A stretch of DNA of 25,299 bases from a virus (Duplodnaviria > Caudoviricetes), in IMG/VR virus record IMGVR_UViG_3300035544_000017, positions 1-25,299 of that record. One strand, given 5' to 3'. This document shows, piece after piece, positions 18,181-25,299 of this stretch (positions are counted from its first letter, which is position 1; each line of letters starts with the position of its first letter). Under the pieces are notes generated by a model. It ran no database searches, had not been told where the DNA came from, and saw nothing but the letters and a program-made list of their open reading frames with translations. The position numbers and the translations under genes are program-made.

Positions 18181-18578
18181 TTTTTATCAACAGTTTGCAT
18201 TATGAATCCATCAAGAATAGCCGTCCCTACATAATCACTACTTGGTTCACCCTGCTTATTTAGAATAACTCCCTTTCTAAATAATCTAGGAGAAACGAAA
18301 TATCGCTGAGATTCCCCATCATCCATACACCGATAAACATTGTAGTAGTCATAATCAGCTTGCATAAAATAAGGCAAAGCATTACATAATACTTCTTCTA
18401 AATATTCATCTGTAAAAAGAATCATGTACCAATCTGTACTACAATTATAAAAACCAGTACATGGGGTTCCTTTCTTCTTATCTATTATCAATGGTTCAAG
18501 ATTAATCACACTATTAATAGCCGTATCCCTATTTCCACCTCTATCCACCAAATACACTGTCAAAAATTTTTCTGACAT
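18177..18578 (-). CDS. Miniature, degenerate GT2 (GT-A fold) glycosyltransferase-like protein
   Basis: Ordered motifs LTVYLV, AINSV, CSTDWYMILFTDEYL (cf. DW(I)LxLDADE), PRLFRK, LDGFIM resemble WaaE/KdtX-type GT2; DxD altered to FTD. Confidence 0.55.
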   Translation of the reverse strand: MSEKFLTVYLVDRGGNRDTAINSVINLEPLIIDKKKGTPCTGFYNCSTDWYMILFTDEYLEEVLCNALPYFMQADYDYYNVYRCMDDGESQRYFVSPRLFRKGVILNKQGEPSSDYVGTAILDGFIMQTVDKK

Positions 18579-18580
18579 AA

Positions 18581-19210
18581 TTAACGGGTATCCTCTCCTA
18601 ATGTAATTTCATACGCATAGCCATAACTATACTTGTCAACACTTTCAACTTTCATTATCTCGCCGGTTCCAAATATCAATCTATCAAATTCTGCTACATC
18701 CCAAAATCTAGCAAAATAGACAATAGAGGAGTCAAGCACAAGACCGCCAATGTTATTGAAATCAGAAATCTCATTTCCAAACCTCGTATCTGTTAGTGTA
18801 CACGGAATATCAAGGTTATATTTATCAGTCCATGTAATAACTTCTTTTTGTAAAGTTTCACTAAAAGTTTTTGTTTCTTCGTAAATTCGTACTGTATTAT
18901 TTGTTTTGTAAAGAGTCGCGGCTTTCTGCACAATTTCATTTCTAAAAGGATCATTGGTTAAATTCATAACCAAGTAAGTTAAATTATCATAATCTGTACG
19001 AATACAATCCCCAGGAATAACCGCAGTATTATAGTTAAAATAGGCTTTTAAATAGTATTCTTGAATAAAAACCTTTGTTGCCTGATTGCTCAACTCAGTT
19101 AAAATATATTCGGAATTACCCTCAGTTAAAGCAGCACCTTTAATTGGAGTAATCTTTGTTCCATTTTTCTGAAACACTTTAACTAATTGATTTCCAATTC
19201 TATTAGTCAT
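18581..19210 (-). CDS. Putative head-closure/stopper protein
   Basis: 209 aa, two beta-rich halves (VIPGDCI...TYLVMN; EFDRLIF...MKVESVD); follows the adaptor. Confidence 0.55.
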   Translation of the reverse strand: MTNRIGNQLVKVFQKNGTKITPIKGAALTEGNSEYILTELSNQATKVFIQEYYLKAYFNYNTAVIPGDCIRTDYDNLTYLVMNLTNDPFRNEIVQKAATLYKTNNTVRIYEETKTFSETLQKEVITWTDKYNLDIPCTLTDTRFGNEISDFNNIGGLVLDSSIVYFARFWDVAEFDRLIFGTGEIMKVESVDKYSYGYAYEITLGEDTR

Positions 19211-19216
19211 TATATG

Positions 19217-19684
19217 CTAGTTCTCTTCTGGATAATAAGTAGTAGGGGTACTTAATTCTGAATCAGCAGCAATAGATTCGCCCGTCCTCGCATATTGAAA
19301 ACCATTAGTGACATAGGTTCCAAACAATGCAGCAGGATTAGCAGACCAAGATAGATTGGGGAATAGTTCAGGAGAAGTTTCTTGAGCAGAAATAAAGTTA
19401 GTATCATAGTATATGATAAGAGCTTTATAATGATCAAAGGCTTGCTGTAGTTCAAGTTTATTGAATTTAAAACTTGAGGCTTCTGAAATAAGCAAAATTT
19501 CCAAACAATGCCGCTTGGCTCGATTCACCAACCACATTTGTTGTAAATCAGTTACGGTAAGTGTATATCCTAGTTCAGCAAGAGCCTTGTCAATTCCTCT
19601 ATTTAATTCATCCTGAGTTAAAAAATCTTTCGCCTCTCCCAACTCGACTTGTACTAGCGCAAGTATTTCTGCTCTTGTTGCCAT
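19217..19684 (-). CDS. Putative head-tail adaptor
   Basis: Helical N-terminus TRAEILALVQVELGEAKDFLTQDELNRGID; position after the capsid genes. Confidence 0.6.
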   Translation of the reverse strand: MATRAEILALVQVELGEAKDFLTQDELNRGIDKALAELGYTLTVTDLQQMWLVNRAKRHCLEILLISEASSFKFNKLELQQAFDHYKALIIYYDTNFISAQETSPELFPNLSWSANPAALFGTYVTNGFQYARTGESIAADSELSTPTTYYPEEN

Positions 19685-19707
19685 ATTACTTTATCCTGCT
19701 ATTATTA

Positions 19708-20028
19708 TTATTTCTTTATGGTTTTCTTTTTTGGTTGCTTTTTAGCGGTGGATTTCTTAGTGATAACTTGCTTTTCTACAACGGGTTCGGGTTCGGGTTC
19801 GGGTTCGGGTTCGGGTTCGGGTTCGGGTTCGGGTTCGGGTTCGGGTTCGGGTTCGGGTTCGGAAGAAAAAGGAACAAACTCCTCTTCCTCAACAAAAATA
19901 GTATCCGTACCGTATTCAATCTCACCTTGAATCAACTTTGGAAAATCTTCTTTTTTCCCCTCAAAAATAGCCCCCACATGAAAAGTGTCCCCCATTCCTG
20001 AAACAGTCTTCTTTACAATAACTTTCAT
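19708..20028 (-). CDS. Small head-associated protein with (EP)13 linker and Lys-rich tail
   Basis: AAGGAG RBS; short folded N-terminal region, EP repeat, then KKSTAKKQPKKKTIKK. Confidence 0.75.
   Translation of the reverse strand: MKVIVKKTVSGMGDTFHVGAIFEGKKEDFPKLIQGEIEYGTDTIFVEEEEFVPFSSEPEPEPEPEPEPEPEPEPEPEPEPEPVVEKQVITKKSTAKKQPKKKTIKK
19783..19860. repeat. Perfect hexanucleotide tandem repeat (GGGTTC)x13
   Basis: 13 identical copies, GAA CCC (Glu-Pro) on the minus strand. Confidence 0.97.
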
Positions 20029-20072
20029 CTGTAAAAATCTCCTTTTTTGTTTATTTTGTTTTCTATTGGTTT

Positions 20073-20252
20073 TTATTGATTTGCTACTTTGGCTAACTCG
20101 ACATAACCCATTCCATCTTCTTCCATATGACTTTGCTTATGACAAGATTTACAAGCGGTTTTCATAGTTATAATATCCGCTTGTTCCATTGGAGAACACG
20201 CCACAGGAACTTCGTGATGAGCTTGTAAATATTTTGCCTCAAATTTAAAAAT
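20073..20252 (-). pseudogene. 5'-truncated HNH endonuclease remnant
   Basis: Start-less frame IFKFEAKYLQAHHEVPVACSPMEQADIITMKTACKSCHKQSHMEEDGMGYVELAKVANQ* with HH..P...CxxCH...H motif; in-frame TAG immediately upstream. Confidence 0.78.
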
Positions 20253-20718
20253 CTATTCTAGGTTGTTTGCCAACAAAAGTTATATTCCCGCCAGAAAGTG
20301 CAGCGCAACTTAGCAAAGTGCCCGAAGTCCCAGTAGAAGCAGAAGCAAGAAATCCTCCGCCAACAGTCCCTGAAGCGTTAATGCTGAAAGAAGCTTTAGA
20401 CGCAGAGTTCGTAACGGACTGATCAGACCGAACATCAACGTACTCTTTGCGGTTGTCAGCGTAGTCGGAAAACTCAGTCCAACCGCTGTGTGAGGCCAGC
20501 ATGTCACCAGCGGCGGGCACAGGACTCTCAGCAGTAAGGCCGACATACCAGGTGGTGACCTGCGTGGTGCCAGCAAACAGTACATCAAGAATATGTTGAA
20601 GGCCGACGTTGGCGACCAGGTTGTGAACACGGTCCACCCACTTAACATTGCCATCTGCGTCATAACAGGTGAACTCGAAAAAGCCCCCAACTCGCATACC
20701 GTTTTTCACTCCGTTCAT
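20245..20718 (-). CDS. C-terminally truncated paralog of 877..1374 (possibly a pseudogene)
   Basis: About three-quarters identical over the core by hand alignment; lacks the final DRTVADGDTVELTYTFSASAS segment, ending NITFVGKQPRIDF instead. Confidence 0.75.
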   Translation of the reverse strand: MNGVKNGMRVGGFFEFTCYDADGNVKWVDRVHNLVANVGLQHILDVLFAGTTQVTTWYVGLTAESPVPAAGDMLASHSGWTEFSDYADNRKEYVDVRSDQSVTNSASKASFSINASGTVGGGFLASASTGTSGTLLSCAALSGGNITFVGKQPRIDF

Positions 20719-20728
20719 GGTATCACTC

Positions 20729-22000
20729 CTAGTTATTAAAGGTTATCTTCGCTCTTTTCGCGCTGAACATCATAGACCCGGACGCGGCTGAGAATGTCAT
20801 CCCCGACGCTTTCGATGTCACTTCCATTGTGACGATGACCGGATAGTCTCCGGCCATGACCACCGACGCCAATTCAGACAAGACCGATCCGTCCTGAGCC
20901 GAGACAACGAAGGTGCAATTTCCAGCCGGGTAATCGCTGAATCCGACACCATCAATAGCGGTAGCCGATATGACCATGGTGGCTGAACCATCGTCGGACA
21001 TTGCAAATCCATCGACAGCAGACACGGACAAGGTAAGTGTTCCATTCACGCCGTCGCTCGACACAATGCTATCGGAGACCTGGACGGGCATAGTCAGAGA
21101 TGCCCCAGCAAGGTCTGAAATAATTACACCATCCACCACTGTGCTATGGATGGTGAGTGTAACGAAAGTAGAATCAGACAACGACACGCCGTCCACCACT
21201 GTGTACTGAATGGAGAGTGTGACGGCGAGGGATTCAGACAATGATACACCGTCTTCCACTGTACCCTGAATAGAGAGCAAGGATAACGGGGAATCGACAA
21301 AGTCTACACCGTCAATGGCCGCTCCCTGGATGATCGTGGTTATGGAAGTGGACTCAGACAAAGACACACCATCCAAAGCGGCGACTTGATAGGTTGTTCC
21401 ACTTGCGGCTCCTAGATCGTCGATAGAAAAATTATCCCAGTACAGACCCTTAGCTAATGTCCAGCCACTCGAATACTGACTGTCACCATAATGCCAAAGC
21501 CCGGCGGTCCCGGCATCCGGCAGAGCAGTATTGGTAACGGATATAATAGGAGATGTCGCCTCGTTGATGTACGCCTCTATGAGGTCGCCATCCATCCGCA
21601 AACGGAGCCGCAGGGTCTCACCAACGGCCATGGTATAGTTGTATTGCCCCAGATTAGTCCAACTACCGTCATTGACGTATAATTGGATTACTCCAGATAT
21701 CGAGTACCGCAGCCAGTAGTAGTAACTGCCAGTCCTACGCCCAAAAACGCCCTTGTAATCGGTGCCGAGGTCGACAGCGTGGCGATAAATATCCACGCTA
21801 ACCTCGTAGTCCGCCGTGCTGATCGCGGCCTGGGCCTCGTACACATGATATCCAGTGCCACTCACGCCGAGGAGCACATCGGTGCCATTGTCACTAGCAG
21901 CAATGATGGATTTGTCAAACCATAACACCCAGTCCCCACTACTAGAGATGTCAGCGCCTGCCGAGTAGGCGTCGAAATCATCAGCCCAGATGTTAGCCAT
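20729..22000 (-). CDS. Putative fibre/adhesin: N-terminal ConA/LamG-like lectin domain plus nine 20-aa repeats (start ATG 22000)
   Basis: WADDFDAY...DYEVSVDI...YYYWLRY...LRLRMDGDLIEAYIN...AGTAGL...YWDNFSIDD jelly-roll pattern; GGAGGAG RBS; repeat stalk. Confidence 0.75.
   Translation of the reverse strand: MANIWADDFDAYSAGADISSSGDWVLWFDKSIIAASDNGTDVLLGVSGTGYHVYEAQAAISTADYEVSVDIYRHAVDLGTDYKGVFGRRTGSYYYWLRYSISGVIQLYVNDGSWTNLGQYNYTMAVGETLRLRLRMDGDLIEAYINEATSPIISVTNTALPDAGTAGLWHYGDSQYSSGWTLAKGLYWDNFSIDDLGAASGTTYQVAALDGVSLSESTSITTIIQGAAIDGVDFVDSPLSLLSIQGTVEDGVSLSESLAVTLSIQYTVVDGVSLSDSTFVTLTIHSTVVDGVIISDLAGASLTMPVQVSDSIVSSDGVNGTLTLSVSAVDGFAMSDDGSATMVISATAIDGVGFSDYPAGNCTFVVSAQDGSVLSELASVVMAGDYPVIVTMEVTSKASGMTFSAASGSMMFSAKRAKITFNN
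20843..21382 (-). repeat. Nine tandem 60-bp (20-aa) coding repeats, consensus xVxDGVSLSDSxxxTLTIxx
   Basis: AALDGVSLSE, AAIDGVDFVD, TVEDGVSLSE, TVVDGVSLSD, TVVDGVIISD, QVSDSIVSSD, SAVDGFAMSD, TAIDGVGFSD, SAQDGSVLSE at exact 60-nt spacing. Confidence 0.9.
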
Positions 22001-22187
22001 TGAGATACTCCTCCACAACCGCGAAGTCAGCCTCGTCGATACGCACGATCATGGTAGTCTCGTCCCCGCCTACTACGCTGTAGTTAATCCCAGTGGGCAA
22101 ATCAGGACGATACGGGTCCTCGGGCATCTCACTTGTAGCCGGTTGGCCCATCCCGATCCGAGGCACTGTCATCTCGATTGTCGCCAT
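21993..22187 (-). CDS. Small hypothetical protein (64 aa), first gene of the GC-rich cassette
   Basis: GGAGG RBS before ATG 22187; overlaps the start of the lectin-repeat gene. Confidence 0.7.
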   Translation of the reverse strand: MATIEMTVPRIGMGQPATSEMPEDPYRPDLPTGINYSVVGGDETTMIVRIDEADFAVVEEYLNG

Positions 22188-22254
22188 TAAGACCACCTCC
22201 ATCCGGTCCTGCGGCAGGCCGGGCAATACCAAAATATATTCCTAAATATAAATC

Positions 22255-22276
22255 GGGAGGGGATTGCTCCCCTCCC
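22255..22276 (-). terminator. Hairpin terminator after the major capsid gene
   Basis: GGGAGGGGA-GCAA-TCCCCTCCC perfect 9-bp stem with GNRA loop, then an imperfect T tract (GATTTATATTT). Confidence 0.8.
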
Positions 22277-22296
22277 TTATATACCTTTAATTAGTA

Positions 22297-23550
22297 TTAA
22301 TCAGATACAGTAAGTTGATATACAGCAGCAGGAAAATAACAAACGGGCATACATAAATCTTCAGAAATCAGATGAATACCGTCGGGATACTCTTCCATCT
22401 TGGTACGCATACGCTTACCGTAGCCGCCGTCATTACCATAAGGAGCTTGCATTAGTTCAGCAATGGGTTGACCATCGACACTAGGAACCACCGCTACCAC
22501 CTTTCGTGGGTCGAGGAACCACTGACGCATAGCAAGCTGAGACTTAAATGGCACACCAGTAGCACCAGTAAGATCAGTATTAATAGTAATAGCACCAGTT
22601 GCGGTATCCACAGCAGTAATAGTAGCACGAGGACCAGCGGCACGATCTACAGTGGAAGTAATGTAAACTTCACCACCCACTACAAAATCAGTAGGATCAA
22701 CAACATAGATTGTAGTACCAGAAGTGTAGGCTTGAGCAAGATGAGAGGTAATGGTGTAGGAAGCATTATAAGGAACAATAGAACCAACACCAAGAATCTG
22801 AGCAAGCGCACCCGGAGCATTATTGACCAACTGAGCTTCAGAAATATTCTGAGTCTGAGCTAGATCACGAATACCAGAATCCTTGATAAGAGACTGAATC
22901 AAGCGACCATTAAGGAATACGTTAAGGTCGAGAAGTTCAGTCTCAAGGGAGTCCATAAGACGGTTACGTAAGTTGAACATGTCTCCAAAAACATCCCGAT
23001 CAGCAACTTCACCAGAAGAACCATACCAACGAGCAGTCGCACCAAGAGTCACCTGATGAGAAGTAGGAATCCCCCAAGAAACAGAAGCAAAAGTGGGAGT
23101 GGCAGAAGAAGCCTTAATGGTGTAAGACATTGAGCCGTCGAAAAGCATCTTACTATACATCCATTCCCTACGACGATCATTAGCATAAAGCAAACGATTC
23201 ATAAGACGAGCAATTTCAGTCTGACCAGACATTTTTTGCTCGCGGGTTCCAGGCTGACGAAGATTATTAAGAAACTCCTCGCCTAGGAAAGCTGTCTGTG
23301 TGAAGTAAGCGGCCTTTGCAGAATGCTTACCGACACCATCTAGCCCAATACTAGGGCCGCGAGAACCACGGGCCACAAAGGGGATCATTTCCGCAGAACC
23401 ATACCGGCTCTCCCATTCCAGGGAATCGCTCGGCGCATTATTAGTGGGGAACATATTACTCAACACCATAGAAGGTGGAGTAGGAGTTTTTTCAATAAAC
23501 TTATTTAATACACTAAGTTGCAGCTCAGGAATTACTTGACCTTTTGGCAT
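22297..23550 (-). CDS. Major capsid protein (lambda gpE-type) with insertion domain
   Basis: PFVARGS, RRREWMYSKMLFDG, VSWGIPTSHQVTL, C-terminal CMPVCYFPAAV; GGAGG RBS; after the decoration gene. Confidence 0.92.
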   Translation of the reverse strand: MPKGQVIPELQLSVLNKFIEKTPTPPSMVLSNMFPTNNAPSDSLEWESRYGSAEMIPFVARGSRGPSIGLDGVGKHSAKAAYFTQTAFLGEEFLNNLRQPGTREQKMSGQTEIARLMNRLLYANDRRREWMYSKMLFDGSMSYTIKASSATPTFASVSWGIPTSHQVTLGATARWYGSSGEVADRDVFGDMFNLRNRLMDSLETELLDLNVFLNGRLIQSLIKDSGIRDLAQTQNISEAQLVNNAPGALAQILGVGSIVPYNASYTITSHLAQAYTSGTTIYVVDPTDFVVGGEVYITSTVDRAAGPRATITAVDTATGAITINTDLTGATGVPFKSQLAMRQWFLDPRKVVAVVPSVDGQPIAELMQAPYGNDGGYGKRMRTKMEEYPDGIHLISEDLCMPVCYFPAAVYQLTVSD

Positions 23551-23565
23551 ATTATTTACCTCCCC

Positions 23566-24249
23566 TTACTTTACGTAGGCGCGATTGCCAAATTTTACAA
23601 CGCCAAGCGCAGTAATTGCATCAGCGTCAAGGTTAAACAGAGGGGGAGAATAAATAATGGCGTTAGCAACAATAGCAGACGCCTGACCACCCTTTGCGGT
23701 AGAGCCATAGCCAGTATCTACAGGCTTATCAAGAATGAACTTGGCTGTAGAGAATTTGCCAGAACTACCAGTTTTAACATAAACGTGAGCGTTATTAGCG
23801 GTAGTAAAAGCAGAAGTACCAATTGCATTAGTAAAAGTGATTGTTGCAACACCATTGGTTACAGAAATATCAGTAATAGCCCCAAGGTCTTGATAAGAAG
23901 GAGTATCGTCACCGATAATCAGAACATCGCCAACAGCGTACTTGCCAGATTCGGCTTCACTCACAGTCAGAGTAGTACCCCCAGAGGACACATCAGCCAG
24001 ACAGGGGGAAGTAGCAACATCATCAGAATAGGTTGTTTTAACATAAGGAACAAACTCACCGTTGGCATCTTCAGCAACAACAGTGCCTTGTTCAATCAGA
24101 CCATAGCCCTTCTTCATCTTGAGAGAAGCAAGCATGGTTGCATCATTAGGAAATCCATCAGTATATAGATGGGTAACATCGTATTGTACGCCACGATTAA
24201 CCTGTGGAGTATCACCGTAAGTTACTTTAGCAGCATCAGTAATAGCCAT
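23566..24249 (-). CDS. Head decoration protein (gpD-like) with insertion domain
   Basis: LKMKKGYGLIEQGTVVA...FVPY and AKFILDKPVDT motifs; position between scaffold and capsid genes. Confidence 0.75.
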   Translation of the reverse strand: MAITDAAKVTYGDTPQVNRGVQYDVTHLYTDGFPNDATMLASLKMKKGYGLIEQGTVVAEDANGEFVPYVKTTYSDDVATSPCLADVSSGGTTLTVSEAESGKYAVGDVLIIGDDTPSYQDLGAITDISVTNGVATITFTNAIGTSAFTTANNAHVYVKTGSSGKFSTAKFILDKPVDTGYGSTAKGGQASAIVANAIIYSPPLFNLDADAITALGVVKFGNRAYVK

Positions 24250-24265
24250 AATTTATACTCCTTTA

Positions 24266-24787
24266 TTACCGAACCAGACCAAGGAGAACATCGGCGGTAG
24301 CGTCAGCTTCCTTATCGTCAAATTCGGTTTCACCAGCAATTTTCTTGGTAAAGCCGCCGCCGCCGCCCTGAACAGCATCTTCATCGGTAGCAGTTTCAGC
24401 CCAAAATTCAATTTCTTTTTCAACAGCAGCAACAAAAGCATCCTTGTCAAATTCGCCTTCAACAAAATACTTTTCACTGGAAACAAACGCCTTCACCTTT
24501 TCGTGCAGACGTTCAGGAATACCAGCCTCCTTGAGCTTGGAATCCCAAGTAGCATCCGCAAATTCCTTACGGGCCTTTTCTTCAGCAATGGTTTTTTCTT
24601 TTTCGTACTGCTTAACAGTTTCTTCAAGAGATTCGATCTTTTCATTAAAAGATTTCTTCTCGGCTTCATGGTCGGCAATAAGTTGGTCTTTTTCTTTAGC
24701 AAACTTATTGGTAGCATCTTCTAGAATAAGATCAGTAAACTTCTGAGCCTCTTCTGGATGCTCTTTACGGAAAGTTAGATAATCCAT
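24266..24787 (-). CDS. Nested in-frame scaffolding protein (173 aa)
   Basis: Internal GGAG-ACTTTT-ATG after a QNQNQNQ linker; product MDYLTFRKEHPE... is helical and acidic. Confidence 0.65.
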   Translation of the reverse strand: MDYLTFRKEHPEEAQKFTDLILEDATNKFAKEKDQLIADHEAEKKSFNEKIESLEETVKQYEKEKTIAEEKARKEFADATWDSKLKEAGIPERLHEKVKAFVSSEKYFVEGEFDKDAFVAAVEKEIEFWAETATDEDAVQGGGGGFTKKIAGETEFDDKEADATADVLLGLVR

Positions 24788-25297
24788 AAAAGTCTCCATT
24801 TGATTTTGATTTTGATTGTCTTTATCATTGAGAGATGAAATAAAAACAGAAGTGTCTAATTCCACTTCCCCCTCTCCTGCCTCAGTAAACATTTTAGAGC
24901 TTGTATGTTCATCAGCACCAAACACACAGACGGAGCATTCCCTGAAATTGGTTTGTCTCCAAATATGCCCTGGACCTTTCAATACTCGCCCATTAACCAT
25001 AGCTTCCTCGCCTTCTTCAATAAACTCAATCTTAGTCGGTTTACCAGAAATAGAGGCTTGAAATGGAACACCTTTTTTAGAAAATTCTTTAAACTTCTTG
25101 GTCTTTTCACTATCTACAAAAGTCACCTCATTTTCAGTAAAAACCAATCCCCTATCATTAATAGTTGGCTCGGTTGAATAGCCAAGAATAGAATCTAAAT
25201 CAAAATGATCATGGGACCACAGAATTGGAAATTTTTCCTTGAAAGAAAACCCATCCAAATCAAAAGCGAGGTTGCCCCAATACCAGTGGTTTGGAAT
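24266..25297 (-). CDS. Prohead protease-scaffold fusion (5' end beyond the window)
   Basis: Frame open to the window edge (IPNHWYWGNLAFDLDG...); PILWSHD, FQASIS, RECSVCVFGAD protease motifs; acidic coiled-coil C-terminal half. Confidence 0.88.
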   Translation of the reverse strand: MPNHWYWGNLAFDLDGFSFKEKFPILWSHDHFDLDSILGYSTEPTINDRGLVFTENEVTFVDSEKTKKFKEFSKKGVPFQASISGKPTKIEFIEEGEEAMVNGRVLKGPGHIWRQTNFRECSVCVFGADEHTSSKMFTEAGEGEVELDTSVFISSLNDKDNQNQNQMETFMDYLTFRKEHPEEAQKFTDLILEDATNKFAKEKDQLIADHEAEKKSFNEKIESLEETVKQYEKEKTIAEEKARKEFADATWDSKLKEAGIPERLHEKVKAFVSSEKYFVEGEFDKDAFVAAVEKEIEFWAETATDEDAVQGGGGGFTKKIAGETEFDDKEADATADVLLGLVR

Positions 25298-25299
25298 AA

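Larger units (their letters stand above)
20290..22230 (-). other. GC-rich horizontally acquired cassette inserted after the capsid terminator
   Basis: Visible shift to GC-rich sequence and codons relative to AT-rich flanks; both ends fall in apparently truncated genes. Confidence 0.7.

Noticed and set aside
19783-19860. CRISPR array, or plus-strand (GF)n/(GS)n ORFs
   Set aside because: Pure 6-bp tandem repeat without spacers; the plus-strand ORFs are shadows of the EP-repeat gene
20843-21382. CRISPR-like 60-bp periodicity
   Set aside because: Degenerate in-frame coding repeats conserved at the protein level
1279-25177. Plus-strand and alternative-frame ORFs in the track (e.g. 1570..1923, 4613..5044, 22468..22863, 23518..24168)
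   Set aside because: They overlap well-supported minus-strand genes and show no recognisable motifs
1-25299. tRNA genes, integrase/att site, IS elements, introns/inteins, stop-codon recoding
   Set aside because: None recognised by eye; genes tile densely in the standard code with TAA, TAG and TGA all used as stops

Overview
AT-rich, minus-strand late (morphogenesis and lysis) region of a long non-contractile-tailed (lambda-like) dsDNA phage or prophage. Two-component spanins point to a Gram-negative host. Right to left: prohead protease-scaffold (cut by the window edge), head decoration protein, gpE-type major capsid protein, a GC-rich inserted cassette, head-tail joining genes, major tail protein, frameshifted G/GT chaperones, tape measure, tube paralog, tail-tip genes (M, L, K, I-J fusion), mosaic side fibre with chaperones, lysis genes, a Cys-rich PAS protein, a small structural module and a terminator. 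Most notable: (1) a putative fibre or appendage module (lectin-like head with nine 20-aa repeats, a ~160-aa beta protein, a BppU-N-like protein) found at two loci ~19 kb apart with reciprocal decay; (2) a stand-alone PAS-domain protein coupled to the lysis genes; (3) a miniature GT2-like gene among the neck genes; (4) a similar beta domain inserted in both capsid and decoration proteins; (5) several deletion or recombination scars, including an HNH remnant. All family calls come from motif recognition and gene order, not database searches.
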